A DNA stretch of 64,000 nucleotides, taken from positions 1 through 64,000 of the IMG/VR virus record IMGVR_UViG_3300047554_000255. One strand, written 5' to 3'. This document shows positions 8,978 to 17,887 of the stretch, piece after piece; the first letter of the stretch is position 1, and every line of letters begins with the position of its first letter. Made by a program: the position numbers and the translations under genes. Under the pieces are notes generated by a model. That model was not told where the DNA came from and searched no databases. It was given only the letters and a program-made list of their open reading frames with translations. This DNA is from a virus.

Positions 8978-9484
8978 ATGAAAAAGCTAGAAGTAGTCTC
9001 AGCAAACAAGAACGGTATTGTAATATACCGAGTAGGGGCATCAAACTTTACAAGCGTTCCGTATCACTACACGGAAGAATCTAATCAACCGATTAGAAAA
9101 GTAAACACAGCACGAATATATCGTGAGTTTACAACACAACAACAGGTTTTATACAAGCGTGTTGTTTATGGTCTATCTTCATTTCACACAGAAGAGTTAG
9201 AACATATGACAAAGAGAGCAAAGAAAGATGTATCAATCGTTCATCATAAAGCTCAAGATGTTATTACTGCATTTAAGAATAAGAAGACAAACGAGTATGT
9301 TAGTCGTCTTATGAAAGCATGGTTCCCGAAATCAAAACTAGCAAAAGACTTCTCATCCTATAAGAATGGCGAAGTAACTACTCCTAATACTTTGAGCTTT
9401 AAGACTCTTGGTATTGATAAGTATACTCTTGCTCAAGTTCTTGTATCGGAAAGTTTACTACCAGATAACTTCTTTGCACTATGA
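8978..9484 (+). CDS. hypothetical protein
   Basis: 168-aa basic ORF. Confidence 0.7.
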   Translation: MKKLEVVSANKNGIVIYRVGASNFTSVPYHYTEESNQPIRKVNTARIYREFTTQQQVLYKRVVYGLSSFHTEELEHMTKRAKKDVSIVHHKAQDVITAFKNKKTNEYVSRLMKAWFPKSKLAKDFSSYKNGEVTTPNTLSFKTLGIDKYTLAQVLVSESLLPDNFFAL

Positions 9485-9891
9485 TCCCAAAGCAAAAGTT
9501 ATGCAACGGATGTAATCAGATGAAGGTAATATGGAAAGCTCATGGAAAAGAGAAGTACTGCAAAGACTGCTGGTATTCTATTGAGCGTCCAAAAGCTTTG
9601 GCAAAACCAACAAGTAAGCCAAATCCTGTATCAAAAAAGATGAGTAAGACAATGTCGGAGTATGAGCGTAAGCGTGTAGCTTTCTTTGCTCTTCATCCGT
9701 TTTGTCAAGCTCGTCTTGCAGGATGCACTATTGGTGCTGCACAGATACATCACAAAGCTGGTAGAGGTGAAAACCACAACAACATGAGTACATGGCTTGG
9801 AGTCTGTGCTTCTTGTCACGAGTACATTGAGCTTCATCCTAACGAAGCAAAAGAGTTAGGATTTTCAGTAAACCGTTTAGATAAAGAATAA
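9481..9891 (+). CDS. HNH endonuclease-like protein with N-terminal Zn finger
   Basis: CNGC...CKDC, then CQARLAGC...QIHHKAGRG...N...VCASCH. Confidence 0.75.
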   Translation: MIPKQKLCNGCNQMKVIWKAHGKEKYCKDCWYSIERPKALAKPTSKPNPVSKKMSKTMSEYERKRVAFFALHPFCQARLAGCTIGAAQIHHKAGRGENHNNMSTWLGVCASCHEYIELHPNEAKELGFSVNRLDKE

Positions 9892-10274
9892 TGTCACATC
9901 CGTTACACCACGCTATTTCTTCCCAGAAAAAACATGGGGGTCAGATAGAAGACTATCTACCATTGCACAATTGGTTCGATGAAACCAAACAACATTATCC
10001 AGACATGAGACATAGAGCTCTTAGACATCACTCAGAAGGTATCTTCTGGGCTGAGAAAGAGTTTGGTGTATTTATTGTTAACTCCAGTGGTAAGATGGTT
10101 CCAACAAGAGTTCTTGGTGAACAACATATCATGGAAGATCTTGGTTGGATACCAACAATAAAAGATTACTTAGATCTTATGGATACTAAGTCTTGGTTGT
10201 ATAAACCAGGAGAAGGGAGAAAGCTAGTTAGAGAGATACGTGATAAAAAACTAGATCACGTTACTGATATCTAG
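9891..10274 (+). CDS. DUF6915-like protein
   Basis: MSHPLHHAISS..KHGG..EDYLPLHNWFDETK...RHRALRHHSEGIF...EQHIMEDLG.IPT. Confidence 0.8.
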   Translation: MSHPLHHAISSQKKHGGQIEDYLPLHNWFDETKQHYPDMRHRALRHHSEGIFWAEKEFGVFIVNSSGKMVPTRVLGEQHIMEDLGWIPTIKDYLDLMDTKSWLYKPGEGRKLVREIRDKKLDHVTDI

Positions 10275-10518
10275 ACTTCTTTGTCAAGCACCAAAGGCTT
10301 ACTATGTTTACGCTCTGCGCGAATGATTGTAGTCTTTGAAAACTTAGACAAAGTAGCTCCTAAAGAAGAGCATAGTAAAAGAACGGCAAGTATTAGATTT
10401 ATCATAGAAGTATTGTATTATCTTAAGAAAGATACTGCAAAAAACTGTATAAAACTAATACTTGTTGTATTTTACCAAGAAGTTAATAATAGTTCTTAAC
10501 ATATTACAAAAAGAAAAG

Positions 10519-11217
10519 ATGAAAAAACAACAAGCGTTTGAACTTCTCTTAGAAGCAGAGAAGATTACAAGAGCAAGACAATGGTGTGAAGCTGAGTTAG
10601 CAGTAGGAAGAGAAGTAAGAATAGAGTGGGATGGTGGTAATGATTCTGGTTGTGTTAATTGGCGAGGTGATTCAGATGAGAATGAGATTACTGACTTTTT
10701 AGTTGATTCTGTATACGATGAACTTGATTATGGTTCATGGGCAGGAGAGTATTCTGCATCAGGGTATATGGAATATGATTCACATCAACAAGCACTTGTT
10801 GGTACTGACTACTACGCTGAAGATGAATACTTAGATCTTGATAAGAAAGCTATATTACATATACCAAAAAAATATTACTTTGATCAGATTAGTTATCAAG
10901 TTACTGATTATGATAGTGGTGGTGATTGTAGTGTTGAGTTTACTGTTAATGTAACTCAAGGCTTTATTGATCCAGAACTAGAGGAGTATCTAAAAGTACA
11001 AGCTGATCTAATAAAAGATTATATTGATAATCAAGTTAAATCATTAGATCTTGGTGATCGAGAATATTTAGGTATTGATAACTCTGAAAGCATTAGCTAT
11101 GATAGATTAGAAGTTGATGGTGATAACCTAACACTTGAGCTTGATATCTATGCTAGAGTAGAAAGTACCGAAGAAAAAGAGGTAGTATTAAACTTAAAAG
11201 ATGAAGATGATGAGTAA
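10519..11217 (+). CDS. DUF6878-like acidic protein
   Basis: WDGGNDSG motif; next to the DUF6915-like gene; start moved to ATG 10519. Confidence 0.6.
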   Translation: MKKQQAFELLLEAEKITRARQWCEAELAVGREVRIEWDGGNDSGCVNWRGDSDENEITDFLVDSVYDELDYGSWAGEYSASGYMEYDSHQQALVGTDYYAEDEYLDLDKKAILHIPKKYYFDQISYQVTDYDSGGDCSVEFTVNVTQGFIDPELEEYLKVQADLIKDYIDNQVKSLDLGDREYLGIDNSESISYDRLEVDGDNLTLELDIYARVESTEEKEVVLNLKDEDDE

Positions 11218-11974
11218 TATAAAGTATGCAGATTTAGAGTATACGGTATCAGCATACCGTAACTTTACATTAACTGAAGCATTACGTCTTTGGAAAAGTA
11301 AGTATCCTGAGTTTGTTGACTTCAAAAAGGATGTTATAAAGCATGAATCACACGAAGATTTTGGTATCTTTGTACATAGTGTATGGGATACTATTACTCC
11401 TGTAACTGTTGACGAAGCGTTCAAAGAAACTAACCTTGAAAGACGCCGTGTATTCTTTGATTGTATTGGTATACGTCGTATATTCAGTGAGTTAAATCCT
11501 GAGATGCTTGATCGACAAGTTATTACAAAGAAGCGTACAAAGTGGGATGAGGATAACAATCAAGAAGAGTACATATTTGAAGATGTATACGAGTTGTACA
11601 AGATTCCTGTTCAGAAGATAAACCCTGATAACATAGACGCAGATGTATCAGTTAGCTGGACAACAAGAAGATTGTTTAAAGATGATGATATCTATGCAGT
11701 TAGGTGTTGGTGTACAACAACTAATCGTGAATATTGGATATACGTACCAAAAATGGCTTGTGATCCATCTTTTGTTAACCATCGCGGAAATACTTTCAAA
11801 CCTGATGCTATATCAGCTATTGCTTGGACTATACGGATCAATGTTGATAAACCTGAACGAATCTATCGTCAAGGTGATATCATCGTTGTAAAGGTAGGAG
11901 AAGAGTCTAAAATAACATGGCCTAGACATCTAACAAAAGAACAGTACTTAGATTTAATGTATTCAGAAACATAG
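11201..11974 (+). CDS. DUF6745-related protein with C-terminal RQGD module
   Basis: NLERRRV..DCIG, VRCWCTTTNREYWIYVP, AIAWT, RQGD motifs. Confidence 0.65.
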   Translation: MKMMSNIKYADLEYTVSAYRNFTLTEALRLWKSKYPEFVDFKKDVIKHESHEDFGIFVHSVWDTITPVTVDEAFKETNLERRRVFFDCIGIRRIFSELNPEMLDRQVITKKRTKWDEDNNQEEYIFEDVYELYKIPVQKINPDNIDADVSVSWTTRRLFKDDDIYAVRCWCTTTNREYWIYVPKMACDPSFVNHRGNTFKPDAISAIAWTIRINVDKPERIYRQGDIIVVKVGEESKITWPRHLTKEQYLDLMYSET

Positions 11975-11992
11975 TATTAAACAAATCCAGTT

Positions 11993-12244
11993 ATGGAAAA
12001 GAAAAAAGCAAAACGCTTAGTCCTAGGCGAAGGAGAAATCGTAGGACACAAACATATCTTGACTTCTGAGTCTGATATAGAATACTTAGATAATGGTACA
12101 GCCTTAAACTTTGAACTAAAGTCAATAGGTATACTAACTCATGATGAGCATGCTCGTATGGTATTTCCTCCAGGACAATACGCGAGCTTTAATCAAGTAG
12201 AGTTTGATCCATTTAGTGGTGAGATAACAAAGGTATATGACTAG
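11993..12244 (+). CDS. small His-rich beta protein (DUF6745 partner)
   Basis: LVLGEGEIVGHKH, LTHDEH, PPGQY...QVEFDP. Confidence 0.7.
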   Translation: MEKKKAKRLVLGEGEIVGHKHILTSESDIEYLDNGTALNFELKSIGILTHDEHARMVFPPGQYASFNQVEFDPFSGEITKVYD

Positions 12245-13340
12245 AGATGAGATTCAAGAAGAAGCTCTAGCTCAAGTAGTACCAAAGCATCATGCTGGTA
12301 TCGCAGTTTCAATGGGGGTCGGAAAGACTCTCATTGGATTGCGTTATCTTGATTCTATTGAGAACAAAACATTGTATCCTCATAGAGTACTTATTGTTGC
12401 TCCAAAGGTCAGTATCTTTAAGAGCTGGACGGATGATGCAGTAAAGTTTGGATTAGAGCATGTGCTTACTTCAGCAACGTTTTCTACTTACATCTCTTTA
12501 CCAAAGCATGATCCAACAAAGTATGACGTTATCATTCTTGATGAGTGTCATAGTTTACTATATACACATCAGAAGTTTTTAGCTTTGTATAAAGGGCGTA
12601 TACTAGGTTTAACTGGTACACCTCCAAGGTATAAAAAATCTGAAAAGTATGTAATGGTTTCTTCTTATTGCCCAATAGTATATACGTATAAGACTGATGA
12701 TGCAGTTGAAGATAGTATTCTTAATGATTATAGGATATTTGTACATAAGCTGCCGTTAAGTACAGCAAGTGACATACCAGTAAACATGAAAGGTAAAAAC
12801 TTCTTTACATCTGAAAATGCATCGTATGCCTACTGGACAAAAAGATTAGCAACAGCACCATCAAAGAAGATGGAACAGATATCTGCTGTAATGAGAATGC
12901 GAGTAATGATGGACTTTAAGACTAAAGAGCGGTATGCACAATACTTGCTTAAAGGTATAAAAGATAAGTGCATCATATTTTGTAATACTCAAGAGCAAGC
13001 AGATAGACTATGTCCGCATTCCTACCATAGTAATAACGAACACTCTGACTTACATCTTGCAGCCTTTGAAAAAGGAAAGATTATGCAGCTTAGTTGTGTT
13101 GCACAGTTGTCAGAAGGTGTTACTATCCCTGATTTAAAGTGCGGTATCATCATGCATGCATTTGGTAATGAACGTAAGTCTAATCAAAGAATAGGTCGTA
13201 TGTTGCGACTTAATCCTGATGAAACAGCTATTGTTCATATCTTATGCTATGCAAATACAAAAGATGAAGACTGGGTAGAAGAAGCACTAAAGGATTTAGA
13301 TCCAACTAAAATCACGTATCACACAATCGGAGTATCCTAA
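12237..13340 (+). CDS. superfamily II DExH helicase
   Basis: MGVGKT, ILDECH, GLTGTP, LSEGVTIP, QRIGRMLR. Confidence 0.92.
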   Translation: MTRDEIQEEALAQVVPKHHAGIAVSMGVGKTLIGLRYLDSIENKTLYPHRVLIVAPKVSIFKSWTDDAVKFGLEHVLTSATFSTYISLPKHDPTKYDVIILDECHSLLYTHQKFLALYKGRILGLTGTPPRYKKSEKYVMVSSYCPIVYTYKTDDAVEDSILNDYRIFVHKLPLSTASDIPVNMKGKNFFTSENASYAYWTKRLATAPSKKMEQISAVMRMRVMMDFKTKERYAQYLLKGIKDKCIIFCNTQEQADRLCPHSYHSNNEHSDLHLAAFEKGKIMQLSCVAQLSEGVTIPDLKCGIIMHAFGNERKSNQRIGRMLRLNPDETAIVHILCYANTKDEDWVEEALKDLDPTKITYHTIGVS

Positions 13341-13720
13341 TGAGACTTTATATAGGTAAAATGATTAAGAAGGGTGATAGCTTTCAGCCATTGACCAATC
13401 AGGACAAAGCTTTATACGGACAGTTTAAAGACAGTGTTCCTGATGGTTCAATGATTGAGATCACCATGCAGGTGTATAACCCTAATGCTACCTTAGCACA
13501 GATCAGTAAGATCCATGCAATGATAAGAGAGCTTGCTAATCACGGTGGTCACACCGTTGATGAGATGAAATACTACGTTAAAGACAGAGCTGGTCTAATT
13601 ATAAAGACTGAAGGACAACACATTGTCAAAAGCTTTGGCGACTGTAGTAGAGATGAACTTAGTGATGTTATCCAAGCAGCTATTGTGCTTGGGGAGCAGA
13701 TGGGCTGTCCTGTTCACTAA
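13340..13720 (+). CDS. NinB/Orf-like recombination protein (tentative)
   Basis: TLAQISKIHAMIRELA...DEMK and SFGDCSRDELSDVI patterns resemble NinB-like proteins. Confidence 0.5.
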   Translation: MRLYIGKMIKKGDSFQPLTNQDKALYGQFKDSVPDGSMIEITMQVYNPNATLAQISKIHAMIRELANHGGHTVDEMKYYVKDRAGLIIKTEGQHIVKSFGDCSRDELSDVIQAAIVLGEQMGCPVH

Positions 13721-13982
13721 GATCAGAGTATGTTACTAGATTCTTTTCGACAGCAACTTCCTCAATATGTTTAACTAATACAGCAATAGTTACATACGCA
13801 GCCATCCAAGGCTCATCGTTGTAAGTATTATTCTCTATTGCTTTATTTAAAGCAGCTACTTGCTCTGGACTCTTATCGCTAAGGATAAAGCCCATAGTAG
13901 TGAATAGCTGTTGAACAAAACCTGTGCCTATACTAATAGGAACTTCAGTGTTTGGAGGAAGAACGGGAACACCTTTTGACAT
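13680..13982 (-). CDS. hypothetical protein (lone reverse-strand gene)
   Basis: 100 aa; fills the gap between + genes; has its own upstream TAnnTTTG. Confidence 0.7.
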   Translation of the reverse strand: MSKGVPVLPPNTEVPISIGTGFVQQLFTTMGFILSDKSPEQVAALNKAIENNTYNDEPWMAAYVTIAVLVKHIEEVAVEKNLVTYSDLSEQDSPSAPQAQ

Positions 13983-13998
13983 AGTATTATATTTTTTA

Positions 13999-14006
13999 CA
14001 AAGATA
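13999..14006 (-). promoter_or_regulatory. Bacteroidota -7 element (TATCTTTG) for the reverse gene
   Basis: Reverse complement of CAAAGATA, 17 nt upstream of the ATG at 13982. Confidence 0.55.
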
Positions 14007-14015
14007 ACAAGATTT

Positions 14016-14738
14016 ATGAGTTCACAAACAGTTGATCTGAAAGAGATTCAAGAGAAGTTGATTGATAAGCTGAGAGATTCAGGATGGGCAGACAAGCTAA
14101 AAAGCTTCTTGATGTCTAATGAGTTCAGTGAGGTATTACAAACACTTCACTCAATGAAGGATGATGGTAAACGTTTTACCCCACCTTTAAAGCATATCTT
14201 CTCTGCTTTTGAAGAATGTCCTTATAGAGACCTTAAGGTTGTCATCATAGGACAAGATCCATATCCACAGTTAGGTGTGGCAGATGGTAAAGCATTCTCT
14301 TGCTCAATAACAAAAGAGTTACAACCAAGTCTTAAGTACATCTTTGATGCTATTGAAAAGACTATACATCAAGAGTTTCCAACGTACCAAGATCCAGATC
14401 TAACCCGTTGGTCAAATCAAGGCGTATTGTTGCTTAATACGGCGTTAACCACAGAAGTGGGAAAGATTGGTAGTCACTATAACGTGTGGCTAAAGTTTAT
14501 AGTATATGTAGTTGATATGCTTTCATGGTATAATCCTGGTTTAATCTGGGTATTCATGGGTAAGCAAGCACAAGAGTTAGAATCTCTTGTTAGTAGTAAT
14601 CATTATAAGTTTTTAATCTCACACCCTGCATCAGCTGGTTATCAAGGATCAAAAGAGTGGGACTGTGAAGATGTGTTTAATAAAGTTAATGAGATTATTG
14701 CAGCCAATAATGGCAAGGATCAAACAATTAAATGGTAG
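14016..14738 (+). CDS. ung: uracil-DNA glycosylase (family 1)
   Basis: KVVIIGQDPY, PSL, QGVLLLNTALT, SHPAS. Confidence 0.95.
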   Translation: MSSQTVDLKEIQEKLIDKLRDSGWADKLKSFLMSNEFSEVLQTLHSMKDDGKRFTPPLKHIFSAFEECPYRDLKVVIIGQDPYPQLGVADGKAFSCSITKELQPSLKYIFDAIEKTIHQEFPTYQDPDLTRWSNQGVLLLNTALTTEVGKIGSHYNVWLKFIVYVVDMLSWYNPGLIWVFMGKQAQELESLVSSNHYKFLISHPASAGYQGSKEWDCEDVFNKVNEIIAANNGKDQTIKW

Positions 14739-14739
14739 T

Positions 14740-15087
14740 ATGAAAAAAGTAGAATTACATATCAGTACCTTAATCGAGGCACTAGAAAACGGTTTATCTT
14801 GGCTTAAGTCAGAAGACCAAGGTTTTGGATCTATCCAAGAAACGTATGAAGCAACCGATGCTGAAATCAATATGATTAAAAAGCATCCAAAACTTAAAGA
14901 TGTAGAGCCTAACTTCATGAGATTTATCTTAATCGATGATCTTGAAGAAGAAAGCATCTCTCTTGTAAAAGAAAAGCGTCAACGCAAACCAAAAGAGTTT
15001 GATGTAGCTCAGAACATCACACAATCTGATATGTTTCAAGTAGAAGAAACATCTCAAGAAGAGTTAAATGCATTCATTCATATCTAA
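14740..15087 (+). CDS. hypothetical protein
   Basis: Start moved to ATG 14740, just after the ung stop. Confidence 0.65.
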   Translation: MKKVELHISTLIEALENGLSWLKSEDQGFGSIQETYEATDAEINMIKKHPKLKDVEPNFMRFILIDDLEEESISLVKEKRQRKPKEFDVAQNITQSDMFQVEETSQEELNAFIHI

Positions 15088-15099
15088 TAATAAAAACTA

Positions 15100-16317
15100 A
15101 TGTCAACAGTAAAAGCAAAGTCACTAGCAAAAGTAAAAACTCAAGAAGTACGTACAATCAGTACTTCTTTAATGAACAAAGAAGAAGTGTTCAAGACTCT
15201 AGCATTAGCAGAGTCAGCTCAGTTACCAGTATTATTAGAGGGTCGTCCTGGTGTTGGTAAAACCAAGACTGTGGTCGAGTATGCGAAAGCATGGTTGATC
15301 GAGAATAAGTTAGCAACTGCTGAGAACTTTATGTCAAAGATCTATATCTTAGAGACTGACGAAGGTACTAAACAATCAGAGGTGAAGGGTATGCCAGACT
15401 TAGAAGCGTTATTTACAAACAATAAGTTTGAACTTAATGCTCCTATCACTGAGGCTGAGATCATTATCATTAACGAGGTAGATAAAGCTAGTTCTGGTAT
15501 CCGTAACTCTTTATTGGGTATTATGAACGAGCGTTTCTTATTTAACGGTAAGAACAAGGTACCATGCAAGTGGAAGTTGTTTGTTGCAACTTGTAATGAG
15601 ATTCCAAAAGACGAGATTAACTCACCTTTCTGGGATCGTTTCATGATCAAGATGCAGGTATCTCGTATCTCTGCGGGTGATATGGTTAAGTATCACAGTA
15701 AAGGTGGTAAAGACTATGTACAGAACATCAGTCTTAACATTCCAAACTCACAAGAGTTAAAGGATGTAGTATTATCACCAAGTCGTATCGAGAAGTTCAT
15801 CGAGGTATCTTATGACAAGACTACTGACCGTACTTTAACCTTTGTTCCTCGTCTTGCAGCAGGTATTCACTATATCTGGGATGTTAGTCTTGACAAAGCT
15901 TTAGTTAAGTTAGCTGAGATGATGGTTGATAAAGCAGCAAGTACTCGTCTTAATGACATGCTTACATCAATGGAGATGAAGATTATCATGTCTAAGATCG
16001 ATATGCTTAAGTCTTATCACGATCAAACTAGTTTATCTCTTGCAGTAAAAGAGATTGAGGATCTAACAGCAACTTATATCTCAAACGGTAAACTTGCGGA
16101 TGATGATGCTCAAACTATCGATGCTACAATGACTATTGTACTTGAGAACCACGTCCTTGCTAATCAAGATGAAGCAGAAGAGGAGTTAGCATCAGAGATT
16201 TTAGGTGAGATTGAAGGAGATATGAGTGAGTCAAGCATGCCTTTATCTGGTACTATTCAATATGCTGCTTACACAACGTCTACATCACCAGCAGATAGTA
16301 ATGTAGATCCATTCTAA
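15100..16317 (+). CDS. MoxR/RavA-like AAA+ ATPase
   Basis: VLLEGRPGVGKT Walker A; IIIINEVDK Walker B variant; RNSLLGIMNER; ATCNE; FWDRF. Confidence 0.88.
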   Translation: MSTVKAKSLAKVKTQEVRTISTSLMNKEEVFKTLALAESAQLPVLLEGRPGVGKTKTVVEYAKAWLIENKLATAENFMSKIYILETDEGTKQSEVKGMPDLEALFTNNKFELNAPITEAEIIIINEVDKASSGIRNSLLGIMNERFLFNGKNKVPCKWKLFVATCNEIPKDEINSPFWDRFMIKMQVSRISAGDMVKYHSKGGKDYVQNISLNIPNSQELKDVVLSPSRIEKFIEVSYDKTTDRTLTFVPRLAAGIHYIWDVSLDKALVKLAEMMVDKAASTRLNDMLTSMEMKIIMSKIDMLKSYHDQTSLSLAVKEIEDLTATYISNGKLADDDAQTIDATMTIVLENHVLANQDEAEEELASEILGEIEGDMSESSMPLSGTIQYAAYTTSTSPADSNVDPF

Positions 16318-16330
16318 ATAAGAGAAAGCC

Positions 16331-17887
16331 ATGGCTAAGAAACAGTATAAAAACGTGTTTACAATCATGGAGAAAGTAAAGAAGGGGGAGCTAGATTTTT
16401 CTGGCTCTTCCCGATTTACGAGTATCATTGGTTCGTATAAAAAACCTGAGTTAGTAGAGCCATATATTCACTATATAGATGCTTATCGATTAAATGAGTT
16501 TGTAAAGAAAGCCTTTATTCCTGGCTATTCAGCTAGTGGTAGTAACCATAACACTATGGTTCAAACCGCTGAGAAGATTAATAAGATGAAAGGTCGTGAG
16601 CAGTGGCACTTTTCAGTTGAAGAGATGACTGAAGCTTATCAATCAATCCCATCTTCACTAAAGAACGATATCTTTAATATGTTTAACAAACCTATTGACA
16701 AGATTGACTTCAAAGCTCGTAATGAGAAGAATCAGATGCGCTATAAACTTCTTGAGTTAGCGAATGATCCAAGTTTAAAGATCTTAACTGAAGGATCAAA
16801 TGTAAAGTCTGGTATGTTTACTCAGAGCATGATGACATATCTTACTTACTTTATGCTAAGACTAAAGAAGCAAGATGAAGAAGCTCATGAGGAGATGAAA
16901 AATCAGCTAAATCAACCTGATGGCGACGGAGATGATGATGATCAAGACGGAGACCAAGATGACCAAGCACAAGGTCAAAGTGGTTCTGGTAAAGGATCTG
17001 GAAAGAATCAGCAGAAGATAGAGAAAGCTATTGATAAAGCTCTTAAGCAAACTAGAGATCAGTTAGAAAGAGAGATGCAAGATGCAGCTCAACATATCAA
17101 TGAACTAACTGAGAATATTGGTGAAGAAGAGCTTGAAGAAGCTTGGAACAAGAACACTGGTATCGGTGGTATGACTAAGCATGAGATAGAGCGAGCACTT
17201 GAGTCTTTAAAGAAGATCAAGATGAATGATTCTGTACTTAAGAACAACATCAAGATGATCTTAGATAAATCAAAGAATTACTTCTCAGGGCAAGAACGCA
17301 TTACACATGAGTCTTTGTTCGAGTCAGGTAACTTCGATGGCTTAGAGGACTATGTAATGCTTCATCCAAAGCTCAGAAATCTATTTCCAGAAGATATCAC
17401 AACAAGAAACGTTGAACGTAAAGGTAAGATTAACCTTTATATCGATATATCTGGTTCGATGTCTGAAGGATGTGGCGTTAGAGATGTTGACGGTAGAGGA
17501 TTAAGCAAGCTTGAGTTTGCAAAAGCGATTGCTCTTGTAATGAAAAAGAATAATATGCTTAATAAACTGTATTCTTTCAATCAAGACATCCATCCACTAA
17601 GAACAACAGACTTTGCTATTGCATCTTTGGATGACATGGGTGGTACAAGTATTACTAAGGTAGTACAGCATGTGATTAAATCACAAGAGAACAGCTTAGT
17701 ACTTACTGATGCTGAAGATCGTTGTGGTATCTATACTGATAAAGTATTCTTCCTTGGTGTTAAAGGTAGTATGTTTAGTTACTTTAGTGACCACGTACTA
17801 GCTGACTACCATCAAAACCAGATGTCTGTATTCGATGGTGAAAGAATCTTATCAGTTGATAAGAAAGGCTATACCATTAAAGGTTAA
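16331..17887 (+). CDS. VWA-domain protein (MoxR partner)
   Basis: MIDAS motif YIDISGSMS, GGTSI, VLTDAE; acidic/Gly linker. Confidence 0.88.
   Translation: MAKKQYKNVFTIMEKVKKGELDFSGSSRFTSIIGSYKKPELVEPYIHYIDAYRLNEFVKKAFIPGYSASGSNHNTMVQTAEKINKMKGREQWHFSVEEMTEAYQSIPSSLKNDIFNMFNKPIDKIDFKARNEKNQMRYKLLELANDPSLKILTEGSNVKSGMFTQSMMTYLTYFMLRLKKQDEEAHEEMKNQLNQPDGDGDDDDQDGDQDDQAQGQSGSGKGSGKNQQKIEKAIDKALKQTRDQLEREMQDAAQHINELTENIGEEELEEAWNKNTGIGGMTKHEIERALESLKKIKMNDSVLKNNIKMILDKSKNYFSGQERITHESLFESGNFDGLEDYVMLHPKLRNLFPEDITTRNVERKGKINLYIDISGSMSEGCGVRDVDGRGLSKLEFAKAIALVMKKNNMLNKLYSFNQDIHPLRTTDFAIASLDDMGGTSITKVVQHVIKSQENSLVLTDAEDRCGIYTDKVFFLGVKGSMFSYFSDHVLADYHQNQMSVFDGERILSVDKKGYTIKG

Noticed and set aside
10272-10499. 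TAG read-through fusing the DUF6915-like gene to the in-frame 72-aa ORF
   Set aside because: The upstream protein looks complete, the downstream ORF has no recognisable motif, and an in-frame arrangement occurs by chance one time in three
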